Assembly (NCBI GenBank): GCA_002305635.1
Contig: DBPR01000029.1
Span: 53,281-117,280 of the forward strand
Direction: 5' to 3'
Source of the DNA: Anaerolineaceae bacterium UBA1415
Lineage (GTDB): Bacteria; Chloroflexota; Anaerolineae; Anaerolineales; Anaerolineaceae
Length of the DNA stretch: 64,000 bases
In this document: one piece after another, positions 8,431 to 18,208 of the stretch
Numbering within the stretch: the first letter of the stretch is position 1
How the letters are laid out: each line of letters opens with the position of its first letter
The notes under the pieces: model-generated
What the model saw: the letters and a program-made list of their open reading frames with translations, nothing else
What the model was told of the DNA's origin: nothing
The model's database searches: none
Position numbers and translations under genes: made by a program

Positions 8431-9657
8431 TTACTTTTCCGTATTTAAACGGCAGATCTCAACAACCACCTTCGTTGCCAGTTTCAGCTCGTCCAACGAA
8501 AGATATTCAAAGCGGCCGTGGTAGTTGTAACCGCCAGTGAAAAGGTTCGGTGTAGGCAAGCCCATGAAGGAAAGCCGACTGCCGTCGGTGCCGCCGCGCA
8601 CGGGCACATCCACGGGTTCCACGCCCACCGCGCGATAAGCGGCATGTGCCAGCTCCACAATTTCAGGGTGGGGCTGGATCTTTTCGAGCATGTTGAAATA
8701 CTGGTCGCGGATCTCCAAAGCCAGGGTCTGGGCGCCGTAACGGTGATTGATGAAATCAGCCGCGAGCCTCATCTGCTCCTTTTTCTTCTCAAACTGCTCT
8801 CGGTCGTGATCGCGGATGATATATTCCATATGCGCCTCGTCCGCTTCCCCGGCCATTTGGGTCAGGTGAATGAAGCCCTCGCGTTTTTCGGTATGTTCGG
8901 GGCGGTCGAAAGTGGGCAGAAGGTTGTGGAAATCGATCCCGACCTGAAGGGCATTGATCAGTTTGTTCTTGGCAGCGCCCGGGTGAACGCTCTTGCCCTG
9001 GATCTTGATTTTGGCGCCAGCCGCGTTGAAGTTTTCATAGGAAAATTCGCCCACGTCGCCGCCATCAACGGTATAAGCAAAATCGGCCCCGAAACCGGCG
9101 ACGTCAAAATGGTCAACGCCAGCGCCAACTTCTTCGTCCGGGGTGAAACCGACGCGGATCTTGCCGTGGGGAATGTCGGGGTTCGCCAGCAGCGTTGCCA
9201 CAGCGCTCATGATGGCAGCAATGCCAGCCTTGTCGTCCGCTCCGAGCAGCGTGGTGCCGTCGGTCACCACCAGCGTCTGACCGATGTGATTTTTCAGGTC
9301 AGGGAACTCGCTGGGGGAGAGATGAATACCCTTTTCCTCGTTCAGCAAAATATCTTCGCCGTCATAGTTTTCAACCAAACAGGGCTTGACGTCCTTGCCC
9401 GAGGCAGCCGGGCTGGTGTCCATGTGAGCGATGAAACCGATGGTTGCAACGGGCTTATCAATATTAGCGGGCAAGATGGCTGTGACATAGCCGTATTGGT
9501 CCAGTTTCACCTCTTCCAGACCCAATTCGCGCAGTTCCTGCTCGAGCAGGCGCGCCAGATCAAGCTGTTTCAGCGTGCTGGGATAGGTTTCAGAGTTATA
9601 AGCGGATTGTGTGTCAATTTTTACATAACGTAAAAAGCGTTCAAGTACGTCGGTCAT
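8431..9657 (-). CDS. pepT: Peptidase T (tripeptide aminopeptidase, M20B)
   Basis: N-terminus LERFLRYVKIDTQS, HMDTSP, GADDKAGIAAIM. Confidence 0.9.
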   Translation of the reverse strand: MTDVLERFLRYVKIDTQSAYNSETYPSTLKQLDLARLLEQELRELGLEEVKLDQYGYVTAILPANIDKPVATIGFIAHMDTSPAASGKDVKPCLVENYDGEDILLNEEKGIHLSPSEFPDLKNHIGQTLVVTDGTTLLGADDKAGIAAIMSAVATLLANPDIPHGKIRVGFTPDEEVGAGVDHFDVAGFGADFAYTVDGGDVGEFSYENFNAAGAKIKIQGKSVHPGAAKNKLINALQVGIDFHNLLPTFDRPEHTEKREGFIHLTQMAGEADEAHMEYIIRDHDREQFEKKKEQMRLAADFINHRYGAQTLALEIRDQYFNMLEKIQPHPEIVELAHAAYRAVGVEPVDVPVRGGTDGSRLSFMGLPTPNLFTGGYNYHGRFEYLSLDELKLATKVVVEICRLNTEK

Positions 9658-9731
9658 GGTTCCTCCTGAGATTCTGCTTCCATTTTATCATTCCATTTCT
9701 GAAGTTCCACTTTTTGCGCTAAAATTAGCTT

Positions 9732-10637
9732 ATGGTAAAGAAAACTGGTCAGGCGAGGCTGATATTCATCCTTTTAGCCCTGGCGCTCGCGATTGTGTTT
9801 GCGTTTTTCCGATGCAGCAGCGTAAACCAGGAACGCGTTCTTCCAACACCCACGAAAGTGGAATTGGGCGACTACGCGGGCTACACCATCCTGAACCGTT
9901 ACCCCCACGACCCCACCTGTTACACCCAGGGCTTGCTGTATCACGAGGGCTTTCTTTATGAAAGCTGCGGCCTTTACGGAGAGAGCGATCTGCGCAAGGT
10001 TGACCTCGAAAGTGGAAAGGTCTTGCGGCAGATCGAGCTGGAAGATCAGTACTTTGCCGAGGGTCTGGCGCTCCTGGACGGTTTGCTCTATCAATTGACC
10101 TGGCAGGAGGGGCAGGCTTTTGTCTACGATCTGGAGACTTTTGAGCTGGTCCGCAAATTCCAATACAACACCGAAGGCTGGGGCTTGACCACCGACGGCG
10201 AAGCCTTGCTGATGACCGACGGAAGCAACAAGCTCTTTTGGCTCGACCCCGGTACTGGCTTTGTGGTTCGCGAAGACCACATCACCTGGCAGGGACAGCC
10301 GATTCAATACCTGAACGAGCTGGAGCTCATCCATGGCGAGCTTTACGCCAACATCTATCTGACCGATCGCATCGCGCGCATTGACCCGGCGACTGGTCAG
10401 GTGCTGACAATGCTTGATCTGAGCGGTTTATGCCCGGATGAAAATCTGAAATTACATGGTGAGGTGCTGAATGGCATCGCCTACGATGAGGAGAACGACC
10501 GACTATTCGTAACCGGCAAGCACTGGCCCTGGCTTTACGAGATCAGCTTGCGCCCGATCCCGGAACCGATCATCCCGACGCTTACGCTAACGCCGACAAG
10601 CCTTAGAGTTCCAATACCTGAGTTTCAAGGACCCTGA
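9732..10637 (+). CDS. Glutaminyl-peptide cyclotransferase (beta-propeller glutamine cyclotransferase family), secreted/anchored
   Basis: N-terminal hydrophobic anchor followed by YPHDPTCYTQGLLYHEGFLYESCGLYGES, typical of this family. Confidence 0.75.
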   Translation: MVKKTGQARLIFILLALALAIVFAFFRCSSVNQERVLPTPTKVELGDYAGYTILNRYPHDPTCYTQGLLYHEGFLYESCGLYGESDLRKVDLESGKVLRQIELEDQYFAEGLALLDGLLYQLTWQEGQAFVYDLETFELVRKFQYNTEGWGLTTDGEALLMTDGSNKLFWLDPGTGFVVREDHITWQGQPIQYLNELELIHGELYANIYLTDRIARIDPATGQVLTMLDLSGLCPDENLKLHGEVLNGIAYDEENDRLFVTGKHWPWLYEISLRPIPEPIIPTLTLTPTSLRVPIPEFQGP

Positions 10638-11625
10638 AACGGGCTTCCTTCAGTCCCGGCAGGCCTTCCAACAGATAAGAGGGTCCACTGCCCTCAACGC
10701 AAAAAGACGCGCTGACCGCGCCCGCGATCGCCGCCTGGACGACATCATATTCCTTGCGATAGTTGGCGATAAAACCGCCGTCAAAGGCATCCAGCATGCC
10801 GGTTGGGTCGCTGACGCGGCTGGCATAGGCAGGTACGATCCAGCGCTTTTGTCTGATGCGGGAATAGACCAAAACGCTGCCGTCTTTGGCGTGGATGAGG
10901 ATATATTCCGGCCCATGACCCGCCAAAATTCGGGCGATCTCCCACAGATCGGCGCTGTGCCCCTGGAAAAGGCGAAAAGCCTGTGCCTCAGTGCACATGA
11001 AGGCGGTCACATCGGCAATGAGCGCGCGCATTTCCTCCCAAAAGATCGGGTCCATATAGCAGCTGGTTGCGCGCATCGAGAGGGTCATGATCAGCCCCCC
11101 CTTGAGCAGCGAGGGCAGTATCTTGTGGGAAAGGAAATCGATCGGGCAGATATGCGCCGCGGAAGCCTCCAGAAAATGGGGCGGCAGGTCGGTCACGCGG
11201 ATGCTGTCCGCCCGATAGTCAGTTTTGCTGCAATAGATGGGGTAGGTGGGTTTGTAATTCAGCAATTCCGGCGGGAAGGGCAATTGCCTTTCCGCGAAAT
11301 GTGAGATCGGGTTTTCAAACAGTGCTTTTTGGGCTTCGGTATAGCTGATAAAAAAGCGATCGTCAATGGCTTCGCTGCTGCGGTAGATGCCCGCGGTATC
11401 GATCCCAAGCGATCGAAAATGATCCAACCATTCTTCGGGATATTCCTGATCCACCCGCGCAACCATTCCCGTCGAGGCTCCCCACTGCAAAGCAGCAAAA
11501 CCGGCGTAGCTCAGGTTGCCGCCGGGTTGATCGATGCTGGCGGGGGCATTGGCAGGGAGGATAAATTCCCGACGCAGACGGCCAAGCATCACGACGTCGG
11601 GAACGGGTTTCAACAGTTCGCTCAA
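10603..11625 (-). CDS. PfkB-family carbohydrate/nucleoside kinase
   Basis: 340-aa ORF with a ribokinase-like C-terminal DPTGMLDAFDGGF motif. The start is a TTG directly abutting the PPK2 stop, so the start is uncertain. Confidence 0.65.
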   Translation of the reverse strand: MSELLKPVPDVVMLGRLRREFILPANAPASIDQPGGNLSYAGFAALQWGASTGMVARVDQEYPEEWLDHFRSLGIDTAGIYRSSEAIDDRFFISYTEAQKALFENPISHFAERQLPFPPELLNYKPTYPIYCSKTDYRADSIRVTDLPPHFLEASAAHICPIDFLSHKILPSLLKGGLIMTLSMRATSCYMDPIFWEEMRALIADVTAFMCTEAQAFRLFQGHSADLWEIARILAGHGPEYILIHAKDGSVLVYSRIRQKRWIVPAYASRVSDPTGMLDAFDGGFIANYRKEYDVVQAAIAGAVSASFCVEGSGPSYLLEGLPGLKEARFRVLETQVLEL

Positions 11626-12483
11626 TTACTCTTCTTCCGGTTCCTTCTCTTCATAAGATTGAACCATTTCCAGGACGCGCTGATAATATTGCTCCAGATC
11701 AGCAGGTGGAGCGGGATATTGCATCTTCATGCCCACCAGGGTGTCGCGAACGATGGTAGCGATCAGCAGATTGCGATACCATTTTTTGTTGCTGGGAATG
11801 ACGTACCAGGGCGCCCACTCCGTGCTGGTCTTGTTGAGCAGGTCTTCATATGCCAGCATGTAATCGCCCCAGAGAGCGCGGTCATCAAGGTCGCCGGGGT
11901 TGAACTTCCAGTTTTTGCTGGGTTCTTCAAGGCGCGCCAAAAAGCGCCTGGCTTGTTCCTCAAGGTCGATGTTAAGGTAAAACTTGAGAACGACCGTGCC
12001 CTCATCGACCAAAAGCCGCTCAAATTCCCGGATGTGTTGGTAACGTTTTGACCAAACTTCTTCGGGCATCAGGTTGAGGACGCGCACCGCCAGCACGTCT
12101 TCGTAATGGGAGCGGTTGAAAATGACGATCTCGCCTTTACGCGGGGTTTGGCTGTGAATACGCCAGAGATAGTCGTGCGCGAGCTCCAGCCAGGTGGGCA
12201 CTTTGAAGGAAGCCACGCGCACACCCTGGGGGTTGACGCCCTCGAAGACAGCGCGGATCGTGCCGTCTTTGCCGCCAGTGTCCATAGCCTGCAGGACGAC
12301 CAAAAGGCGCTTTTTCCCTTCGGCGTAGAGCAATTCCTGCAATTCTTCGATCTCTTTGTTGAGCTCCTTCAGGGCGGCTTGCCCCGCTTTCTTTTTGCCC
12401 TCAAACTCACTCGAGTCGTTGGGGTCAAGATCGGAAATGCGGATGGGTTTGTCTGGTCTTACCAGGTATTTTTCAGTATTCAT
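11626..12483 (-). CDS. ppk2: Polyphosphate kinase 2 family protein
   Basis: LLVVLQAMDTGGKDGT (Walker A-like), HDYLWRIH, IVIFNRSHYEDVL. I chose the start at 12483 (MNTEKYL) with AAGGAGAG upstream. Confidence 0.85.
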   Translation of the reverse strand: MNTEKYLVRPDKPIRISDLDPNDSSEFEGKKKAGQAALKELNKEIEELQELLYAEGKKRLLVVLQAMDTGGKDGTIRAVFEGVNPQGVRVASFKVPTWLELAHDYLWRIHSQTPRKGEIVIFNRSHYEDVLAVRVLNLMPEEVWSKRYQHIREFERLLVDEGTVVLKFYLNIDLEEQARRFLARLEEPSKNWKFNPGDLDDRALWGDYMLAYEDLLNKTSTEWAPWYVIPSNKKWYRNLLIATIVRDTLVGMKMQYPAPPADLEQYYQRVLEMVQSYEEKEPEEE

Positions 12484-12595
12484 GTTCTCTCCTTCGCTTG
12501 TTGAGTTGATTATATTCGAGATAAAACCGTTCTGGTTTAAGCAAGGCGGCTTCATTAATTATAAAGAACGAATGACTTCAATCGTAAAAAAATTG

Positions 12596-13126
12596 TTACG
12601 GTTCCACAATAACATCAATATAAGCTGCCACCTGTCTGCCAACATTACCATTGTTTTCCATGACCTGGGTTTTAAACAAAACTCGGACTTCAGCTGGCAA
12701 TTGGATTTCTTCCAGGTCGGGAACGCCAGCCGGAACCAACATCACAGAATCGCCAAACTCATTTGCTTCAATTGTTCTATCAGAAATGGTTGAAGTCACG
12801 AGGTTCTTTAACTCTCTCCAACCCTGATTAGTTTCATCAAAATAAAAAAAGTAGATGTATTCCCCGTCTATGTATAAAGGAGTTTTATCGTTCGGAATCT
12901 CTACTATTACATCAACCAGGTAATTTTTCTTAAAAAGAGTATTGTCACCCTGCATTAAAGAGATTTTTATACTTTCATTCACATCATCTTTTTCAGATAG
13001 TTTTGCCAGTTCATAAAAACCACTATCTTTTTCTGAGAGAGTTTTACTACATGCTGTAAGCGAAAAACAAAGCAAAAGGATTGTTGCAAGGTTGATTTTA
13101 ATATGATTACAGAAATTATTTTTCAT
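12596..13126 (-). CDS. Hypothetical lipoprotein (AT-rich gene)
   Basis: Signal peptide with lipobox LTAC. I recognise no other motif. Confidence 0.5.
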   Translation of the reverse strand: MKNNFCNHIKINLATILLLCFSLTACSKTLSEKDSGFYELAKLSEKDDVNESIKISLMQGDNTLFKKNYLVDVIVEIPNDKTPLYIDGEYIYFFYFDETNQGWRELKNLVTSTISDRTIEANEFGDSVMLVPAGVPDLEEIQLPAEVRVLFKTQVMENNGNVGRQVAAYIDVIVEP

Positions 13127-13194
13127 TCTTCCACCTAAATATTAGAAATCCAAACACCATTATAAACCGCACTCTTCCATCATGCGCTTGAAGA

Positions 13195-13555
13195 AACAGC
13201 AATTCTCAGTATGGAATAATCAAGCACTTGGTATAGTCTCCTCAATGGCAGTACACAACCACAAACCGTGTTACTACACAGAGTAGAACATTTAGGGTAT
13301 GTGTTTAATAATCGGAGTTAAGGACTACAGATGTAGGGGCGGACTGCCATGTCCGCCCGATGGTGTGGAAAATTAAATTTCACAATTCCTTGATACTCCA
13401 GTAATATTTTATTTATTCCAGACGACGGGCGGGCGCAGCGGCCCGCCCCTACCACAAAATGTCCTTATAGGCCATTTCTGATCAAAAACTAAATAACATT
13501 CGCTTGAGAAAAGGAGAATCCAGATTGCAAAAAATTCATACTGAGAATTGTTGTT
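13195..13555. repeat. MITE-like non-coding element bounded by a 19-bp inverted repeat
   Basis: AACAGCAATTCTCAGTATG (13195-13213) against CATACTGAGAATTGTTGTT (13537-13555) matches 18/19 as reverse complements. The interior has two GC hairpins: GTAGGGGCGGAC..GTCCGCCC at ~13332, and GGGCGGGC..GCCCGCCCCTAC at ~13427. Confidence 0.5.
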
Positions 13556-13668
13556 AAAGAAACAACAATGTTTCTTTGATATTTTCTTTCGCTTAATATT
13601 TATCCGAAAAAGAGGAAAAATCTCCCCTAACCACTAAACCATTAGTATTTAACCAAAAGATATTTGGT

Positions 13669-14352
13669 CTAATTCCAGCTCGGAGGGGCGGGTTGGGGTT
13701 GGCGGGCGCGTTTCTTAAACAAAAAGCCCATTGCCAGGCCAAAGACAAATCCGCCAATGTGGGCAAAGTAGGCGGTACCGCCCTGGTCGGGCGCGCCGAG
13801 CGAACCAAGACCGCTAAATAACTGCAGGAGGAACCACATGCCCAGTACCACGATCGCCGGCATAAGCCGCAGCTGAGCGAAATACCCGATCGGGATGAAG
13901 GTGTAGACCCGGCTGTGCGGATACATGACCAGATACGCGCCTAACACAGCCGCGATCGCGCCGCTGGCGCCAACCATCGGAATGGTTGAGCTGGGATTGA
14001 TCAGGATTTGCAAAATTGCCGCTGCAAGGCCACCGGCGAGGTAAAAAAGTAAATAGCCGATATGCCCGAGGCGATCTTCGATGTTGTCGCCAAAGATCCA
14101 CAGATAGAGCATATTGCCCAAAAGGTGCATCCAGCCGCCGTGCATGAACATGCTGGTCAAAAAGCTGGAAATATCCCCAGGGCTGATGCCATCCCATAAT
14201 TTGGCCGGAATAAGGGCATATTGATAAAAAATCTGTTCAATTCTGCCAGCGTTAAGGAACATCCACAAAAAAACCAGCACATTAATTGCGATCAGCAGGT
14301 AGTTTACAATCGGGGTTCGGTGAGTTTTGATCTCGTCACGAATGGGAATCAT
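13669..14352 (-). CDS. Rhomboid-family intramembrane serine protease
   Basis: GASGAI (GxSG) and HIGGF catalytic motifs in a six-helix membrane protein. Confidence 0.85.
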   Translation of the reverse strand: MIPIRDEIKTHRTPIVNYLLIAINVLVFLWMFLNAGRIEQIFYQYALIPAKLWDGISPGDISSFLTSMFMHGGWMHLLGNMLYLWIFGDNIEDRLGHIGYLLFYLAGGLAAAILQILINPSSTIPMVGASGAIAAVLGAYLVMYPHSRVYTFIPIGYFAQLRLMPAIVVLGMWFLLQLFSGLGSLGAPDQGGTAYFAHIGGFVFGLAMGFLFKKRARQPQPAPPSWN

Positions 14353-14382
14353 GTTTCACTCCATTTCCAGGCGATAAGATTA

Positions 14383-15066
14383 TTACTGTGAATCCAATAA
14401 TACCCTTAATTTTGGATGATCGGCATAGAAACCGCGGCGTTCTTCGGGCAAAAGTGCCGCGATCCGCAGCATGATCTCGGTGGTCGCCAATTCGAGGATG
14501 TCTTTTTCGCTCTGACCTTCCGTTGGCTGAGGCAGATCGAAGGGTTTGCCAAAGATCACCTTCACCTGCATTTTCCTGAGCTTCAAAAAGCGTTTCGCCA
14601 TATCCGCTGAGCCCAGAACGGCAGCCGGGATAACCTGCGCCTTGGTTTTCAATGCCAGCAGGGTTGTCCCGGGCTTGCCTTGCATCAGTTTTCCGTCTTT
14701 TGAACGCGTGCCCTCAGGGGCAAGGCCAACGATCCCGCCTTTTTTCAAAAAAGCCGATGCCTGACGAAACGCCTTGAAGTCATAACCCTCACGGCTGATC
14801 CAAATCACGCCAAGTTTGTTCAGGAACCAGCCGAAGAATGGCGCTCGTTCATACTCGCGCGCCACCATGCCGACCACGTCCTTCCGATGGGTTGCCAGCA
14901 TTAAAAAAGGGGTATCGAGACGGCTGATGTGGCTGGTCGCCAGAACAAAACCGCCTTCTCTGGGCACGTTGTACTTCCCTTCGACTTCAAGATTTACCAG
15001 GCGATCGACCACCCAGCGCAAAAAGTTCATGACGCGCTCGCGGGAGACCAGAATGTCAGCTGCCAT
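14383..15066 (-). CDS. plsC: 1-acyl-sn-glycerol-3-phosphate acyltransferase family protein
   Basis: HISRLD (H-x4-D) and APEGTRS motifs. Confidence 0.8.
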   Translation of the reverse strand: MAADILVSRERVMNFLRWVVDRLVNLEVEGKYNVPREGGFVLATSHISRLDTPFLMLATHRKDVVGMVAREYERAPFFGWFLNKLGVIWISREGYDFKAFRQASAFLKKGGIVGLAPEGTRSKDGKLMQGKPGTTLLALKTKAQVIPAAVLGSADMAKRFLKLRKMQVKVIFGKPFDLPQPTEGQSEKDILELATTEIMLRIAALLPEERRGFYADHPKLRVLLDSQ

Positions 15067-16240
15067 AGACCACGCTTTGAACTGGTTTTTCCTCTTTGGA
15101 AATGTAGACTATCAGCGAAACAAAGCCAAGCGCGATGGTCAGGCTCAATGCAACCATTATCCCAATCGACAGGATGTTGTTTGGCTCATTTCCCTGAACC
15201 GCCGGTAAAATCTGCGTCGCGAAGACGTTAAAATTCCATAGGCCGTGCAGGAATATCGCGATCAAATAAGCGATCAACGCGCGATAAAACTTTTTGTCAC
15301 GCCAGGTTTTTGCAACCGCCCAGCCGATCAGGCCGCCGTTGAAGGTGTGCAACAGGCTCGCCCCAAGCCGACCAAAAATGAAGAAGACCCATTCGTTATC
15401 AGGGATCATGACAGCCTGCGAAGCGTACATAGCTCCTTCAAAAAGGGCAAAAGCCGCCCCGCTCATCAAACCGGCAACAAAACCCTCGCGGGAACTAACC
15501 TCCAGACCCAACAAGGGCCAGATCGCCAGCGTTTTAAACAATTCTTCCGTTAAGGGCGCGACGATCGCAAGGATCAGAAAAAGAGCAAAAATGACCGACG
15601 GCTCTTTAACCAATGCTTCTATTTGGCTCATATCCGTCAGGGTGGTCAGATCAATACTGGTCAGGACGACCATGACGATCAAAATCAGAACCAACAAGAC
15701 CTGTACGATCATGATGAAAGGCGTAGACATGCCAACTGTCCAGCTGATCATGGCGGCATCGCGACCGCCGTGCTTTCCCCAGAGTTCGCCGCTTGCCGCG
15801 CGCAGCATGGCGATGATCGGAATGGCAATCGCCAAAAACGCCAGCAAGGCAAAGAGCCAGTCTGGCATGGCAGCGGAATATTCCCATTTTTTGATGGCAA
15901 TAAGCAATAACGGGAACAAGAGAATGACAAAATACAGCCAGCGCGCTGAGTTGGCACGCGCTGGCCTGGATTTGCGACTTACTTTTTTGGCACTGTCGAT
16001 AAAGGTGAGCAATGCCATCAGGGCAAAAAAGATAAAGGTATAGGCCCAAAGGTAGACGGCCCGGTCTGACGTGCCCCCCAGGGCTGCCCTGAACTCTGCG
16101 TTCGGAAGGCCAACCAGCGTTCCCACAGACAGAGCGGCCAAAGTCAGGAACGTTAGCCCGTTCCAGATCAGATTGAGGTAATGCAACCAATCCGGGCTGG
16201 TTCGGGCTGCAAAGTTTTGTTCAAGATTATTGTCAATCAC
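15056..16240 (-). CDS. PrsW/CPBP-like intramembrane metalloprotease
   Basis: Polytopic protein with the EELFK, FALFEG, LHTFNG and FLHGLWN motif series. Confidence 0.6.
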   Translation of the reverse strand: MIDNNLEQNFAARTSPDWLHYLNLIWNGLTFLTLAALSVGTLVGLPNAEFRAALGGTSDRAVYLWAYTFIFFALMALLTFIDSAKKVSRKSRPARANSARWLYFVILLFPLLLIAIKKWEYSAAMPDWLFALLAFLAIAIPIIAMLRAASGELWGKHGGRDAAMISWTVGMSTPFIMIVQVLLVLILIVMVVLTSIDLTTLTDMSQIEALVKEPSVIFALFLILAIVAPLTEELFKTLAIWPLLGLEVSSREGFVAGLMSGAAFALFEGAMYASQAVMIPDNEWVFFIFGRLGASLLHTFNGGLIGWAVAKTWRDKKFYRALIAYLIAIFLHGLWNFNVFATQILPAVQGNEPNNILSIGIMVALSLTIALGFVSLIVYISKEEKPVQSVVYGS

Positions 16241-17541
16241 TATTTTTCGTTAATCACGATGCTGATGATTTCATCACCACGCGGCGCGTCAGGGTTGTTG
16301 TCGGCGTCCCGTTCGGTGATCTTCTCAAAAACATCAATACCATCAATCAGCTTGCCAAAAATGGTGTAACCGCCATTCAGGGAAGGATAAGGCACATAAG
16401 TGATGAAGAACTGGCTGCCGCTCGTCCCGGGCATGCTGCTTTTGGCAACACCAACCATATAAGCTTCATCGAAGGTCAGATCAGGGCTGATCTCTTCACG
16501 GTATTGGTAGCCAGCGCCAGACCAACCGGTTCCGGTGGGGTCGCCAGTCTGAGCCATGAAGGTGTGATAGACGCGGTGGAAGGTAACACCGTCATAAAAG
16601 CCCTTGCGTGCCAGGTAGACAAAGGAGTTGACTGCCAGAGGCGCGGCTTCGGGATACAGCTCGAGAACCATTTCGCCATCTTTGGTTTTAATGGTGGCAG
16701 TGTAGGTTTTGCTCTGATCAATGACCCACTCGGGGCATTCGCCGGTCATTTGCTCTTCAGCTTTCATGACTTCGATGATGTTGGAGAGGTAATTCCCACG
16801 CCAGTCGCCCAGCGGACGGCCGTTTGCCAGCACGGTCGGGGTGGAGCTGACGCCAGCGTCGAACATGGTCTGGGCACCCTGGGATATCTTGTCGATCACA
16901 GCCTGACTTTCCATATCCTTTACAAACTGATCGACATCCAGTCCCATCTCTTCTGCGTGTTTGGTCAGTTCCGCTTTCAGTTCCTCAGCGGTCATGGGGG
17001 CCAGAGTTTCCTGGTTCGAGAAGATGGCTTCGTACATTTCCCAGAACTTGCCCTGCATGCCAGCTGCTTCAGCTGCCTGCGCGGCCAGAGGCGCGGTCGG
17101 GTGCAAAGATTCCAGAGGCAATGCACGATAGACCAGGCGGACATCGTCCGGGTACTTTTCCATCACATCCTCAAAGGCCTGAAAAGCCATTCCGCAATAG
17201 GGGCAGAAGAAATCGGTATACTCGATCAAGGTGAGCATGGCGTCTTCGGGCCCTTTGGTGTAATCTTCATCGCTGACCTCAGGGAAGACCGACAGTTGTT
17301 GTTTTTGCTCTTCAGTCAATTCCGGGAAGAGGGACTCGACGATCGTGCAGGCCATACGCCCGTCTTCGCCCAGCAAAGGCAGATCTTCGGGTGGTGTGGT
17401 AGTCTCTCCGGTATCAGGAACAAGCGTTCCCACTTCACTATCGGTCGGTTCAACTGGTGGCGGTGTTGTCTCTTCGATCTGACAGGCACTGACCATCAGC
17501 ATCAGAACCAAGGCGATCAGTAGAAATTTTGCTTTTTTCAT
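16240..17541 (-). CDS. Lipoprotein fusing a DsbA-like thioredoxin domain to a cyclophilin-type peptidyl-prolyl isomerase
   Basis: Lipobox MVSAC, a CPYC active site (DFFCPYCGMAF), and C-terminal FYDGVTFHRVYHTFMAQTGDPTGTG...SQFFIT. Confidence 0.75.
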   Translation of the reverse strand: MKKAKFLLIALVLMLMVSACQIEETTPPPVEPTDSEVGTLVPDTGETTTPPEDLPLLGEDGRMACTIVESLFPELTEEQKQQLSVFPEVSDEDYTKGPEDAMLTLIEYTDFFCPYCGMAFQAFEDVMEKYPDDVRLVYRALPLESLHPTAPLAAQAAEAAGMQGKFWEMYEAIFSNQETLAPMTAEELKAELTKHAEEMGLDVDQFVKDMESQAVIDKISQGAQTMFDAGVSSTPTVLANGRPLGDWRGNYLSNIIEVMKAEEQMTGECPEWVIDQSKTYTATIKTKDGEMVLELYPEAAPLAVNSFVYLARKGFYDGVTFHRVYHTFMAQTGDPTGTGWSGAGYQYREEISPDLTFDEAYMVGVAKSSMPGTSGSQFFITYVPYPSLNGGYTIFGKLIDGIDVFEKITERDADNNPDAPRGDEIISIVINEK

Positions 17542-17593
17542 TATTCTATCCTTTCGATCAACAGGGCTTTCCGTCCCGTTGTTAACTACAATT

Positions 17594-18208
17594 TTAACCC
17601 ATCGCGTCGATTACGATTTGACGGATATTTTCCTGCACAAGCTCCGCGCTTTGGGAGGCATCCACGATGCGCCAGCGCTTCGGATCCTGCGCGGCGAGTT
17701 GATGATAACCCTCGCGCACCCGTTCGTGGAAGCTGATCTCATAGGCGTCCAGTCGATTCCACTCGTCCTTGGCTTTTTTGCGCTTCAAGCCCACCAGAAC
17801 GTCCACATCCAGCAGGATCGTAAGGTCGGGTTTTAGCCCGTTGGTCGCGAATTGAAGCATCATCCTGAGCTTTTCCAGGTCGAGCCCATGCCCGTAGCCC
17901 TGATACGCCAGGGTGGAGTCGCCATAACGGTCGCAAATAACGATCTTCCCATCAGCCAGACTGGGCAAGACCAGTTCTTCCACCAATTGGGCGCGGGCAG
18001 ACAGGAAGAGCAATATCTCGGTACGGGGGTGCAATTCCACATTATCCATGCGCACCAAAACCTCGCGGATCTGGTCGCCGATCTTCGTGCCCCCCGGTTC
18101 ACGAGTGCATATCACATCGTGACCTCGCGCACGCAAAAACTCCGCCAATAAGGGCAATTGGCTGCTTTTTCCACTTCCTTCAGGTCCTTCAAGCGTAATA
18201 AACATCAT
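17594..18208 (-). CDS. tmk: Thymidylate kinase
   Basis: FITLEGPEGSGKSS P-loop, REPGGT, DRY motif. Confidence 0.9.
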   Translation of the reverse strand: MMFITLEGPEGSGKSSQLPLLAEFLRARGHDVICTREPGGTKIGDQIREVLVRMDNVELHPRTEILLFLSARAQLVEELVLPSLADGKIVICDRYGDSTLAYQGYGHGLDLEKLRMMLQFATNGLKPDLTILLDVDVLVGLKRKKAKDEWNRLDAYEISFHERVREGYHQLAAQDPKRWRIVDASQSAELVQENIRQIVIDAMG

